Below, one piece after another: positions 61,321 through 64,000 of a stretch of 64,000 bases of DNA. The stretch's first letter is position 1. Each line of letters begins with the position of its first letter. The DNA comes from Lytechinus pictus. Lineage: Eukaryota. The stretch spans positions 41,046,001 to 41,110,000 of the forward strand of contig NC_087245.1 in NCBI RefSeq assembly GCF_037042905.1, given 5' to 3'. Position numbers and translations under genes: made by a program. The notes below the pieces were generated by a model, which saw nothing but the letters and a program-made list of their open reading frames with translations, did no database searches and was not told where the DNA came from.

Positions 61321-64000
61321 ACCACCACTATCAACATCATCATAACCACCACTATCAACATCATCATAACCACCACTATCAACATCATCATAACCACCAC
61401 TATCAACATCATCATAACCACCACTATCAACATCATCATAACCACCACTATCAACATCATCATAACCACCACTATCAACATCATCATAACCACCACTATC
61501 ATCATCATCATAACCACCACTATCAACATCATCATAACCACCACTATCAACATCATCATAACCACCACTATCAACATTATCATAACCACCACTATCAACA
61601 TCATCATAACCACCACTATCAACATCATCATAACCACCACTATCAACATTATCATAACCACCACTATCAACATTATCATAACCACCACTATCAACATCAT
61701 CATAACCACCACTATCAACATCATCATAACCACCACTATCAACATCATCATAACCACCACTATCAACATCATCATAACCACCACTATCAACATCATCATA
61801 ACCACCACTATCAACATCATCATCATCACCACTATCAACATCATCATAACCACCACTATCAACATCATCATAACCACCACTATCATCATCATCATAACCA
61901 CCACTATCAACATCATCATAACCACCACTATCAACATCATCATAACCACCACTATCAACATCATCATAACCACCACTATCAACATCATCATAACCACCAC
62001 TATCAACATCATCATAACCACCACTATCAACATCATCATAACCATCACTATCAACATCATAACCACCACCACTATCAACATCATCATAACCACCACTATC
62101 AACATCATCATAATCACCACTATCAACATCATCATAACCACCACTATCAACATCATCATAACCACCACTATCAACATCATCATAACCACCACTATCAACA
62201 TCATCATAACCACCACTATCAACATTATCATAACCACCACTATCAACATCATTATAACCACCACTATCAACATCATCATAACCACCACTATCATCATCAT
62301 CATAACCACCACTATCAACATCATCATAACCACCACTATCAACATCATCATAACCACCACTATCATCATCATCATAACCACCACTATCATCACCATCATC
62401 ACAACCATCAACATCATCATAACCACCACTATCAACATCATCATAACCACCACTATCGTCATCATCATAACCACCACTATCAACATCATCATAACCACCA
62501 CTATCATCATCATCATAACCACCAATATCAACATCATCATAACCACCACTATCAACATCATCATAACCACCACTATCAACATCATCATAACCACCACTAT
62601 CAACATCATCATAACCACCACTGTCAACATCATCATAACCACCACTATCAACATCATCATAACCACCACTGTCATCATCATCATAACCACCACTATCAAC
62701 ATCATCATAACCACCACTATCATCATCATCATAACCACCACTATCAACATCATCATAACCACCACTATCAACATCATCATAACCACCACTATCAACATTA
62801 TCATAACCACCACTATCAACATCATCATAACCACCACTATCAACATCATCATAACCACCACTATCAACATCATCATAACCACCACTATCAACATCATCAT
62901 AACCACCACTATCAACATTATCATAACCACCACTATCAACATCATTATAACCACCACTATCAACATCATCATAACCACCACTATCATCATCATCATAACC
63001 ACCACTATCAACATCATCATAACCACCACTATCAACATTATCATAACCACCACTATCATCATCATAACCACCACTATCATCACCATCATCACAACCATCA
63101 ACATCATCATAACCACCACTATCAACATCATCATAACCAGCACTATCATCATCATCATAACCACCACTATCAACATCATCATAACCACCACTATCATCAT
63201 CATCATCATAACCACCACTATCAACATCATCATAACCACCACTATCAACATCATCATAACCACCACTATCAACATCATCATAACCACCACTATCATCATC
63301 ATCATAACCACCACTATCAACATCATCATAACCACCACTATCAACATCATCATAACCACCACTGTCAACATCATCATAACCACCACTATCAACATCATCA
63401 TAACCACCACTGTCATCATCATCATAACCACCACTATCAACATCATCATAACCACCACTATCATCATCATCATAACCACCACTATCAACATCATCATAAC
63501 CACCACTATCATCATCATCATAACCACCACTATCAACATCATCATAACCACCACTATCAACATCATCATAACCACCACTATCATCATCATCATAACCACC
63601 ACTATCAACATCATCATAACCACCACTATCAACATCATCATAACCACCACTATCATCATCATCATAACCACAACTATCAACATCATCATAACCACCACTA
63701 TCAACATCATCATAACCACCACTATCATCATCATCATAACCACCACTATCAACATCATCATAACCACCACTATCAACATCATCATAACCACCACTATCAA
63801 CATCATCATAACCACCACTATCAACATCATCATAACCACCACTATCAACATCATCATCACCACCACTATCAACATCATCATAACCACCACTATCAACATC
63901 ATCATCACCACCACTATCAACATCATCATAACCACCACTATCAACATCATCATAACCACCACTATCAACATCATAACCACCACTATCAACATCATCATAA
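61321..64000. repeat. 24-bp minisatellite (ACCACCACTATCAACATCATCATA)n, more than 100 copies, continuing beyond the window
   Basis: Direct inspection; a degenerate (CAT/CAC)n lead-in starts at about 61130. Confidence 0.97.

Noticed and set aside
61128..63998. 956-aa ORF (MMMLIVVV)n as a protein-coding gene
   Set aside because: It is the translation of a 24-bp minisatellite; several frames are open by composition alone and there is no non-repetitive domain.

Overview
AT-rich, repeat-dense eukaryotic DNA. The MITE, SINE and HINE families and the ST8Sia gene suggest a marine invertebrate, most likely a sea urchin (inference, not verified). One apparently intact protein-coding gene is present: a minus-strand alpha-2,8-sialyltransferase-like (GT29/ST8Sia) gene of about 362 aa, with exons at 46656-46791, 40889-40964, 35785-36387 and 34272-34545. 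A second, paralogous first exon of the same length and phase lies at 55471-55606, a possible alternative N-terminus. A young, complete CsRn1-clade Ty3/Gypsy LTR retrotransposon spans 10668-15619 (near-identical LTRs, CCGT TSD, tRNA-Trp PBS). Its single intact ORF has CHCC-PR-RT-RH-IN but appears to lack the Gag capsid domain, and it sits in a probable Polinton/Maverick remnant. Also present: a three-exon THAP-domain pseudogene, a solo LTR, many non-autonomous DNA transposons (hAT-, Kolobok-, Tc1/mariner-, piggyBac-, Harbinger- and Helentron-like), SINE and LINE fragments, and a 24-bp minisatellite running off the right end. All calls were made by eye with no database searches; boundaries of degraded repeats are approximate.
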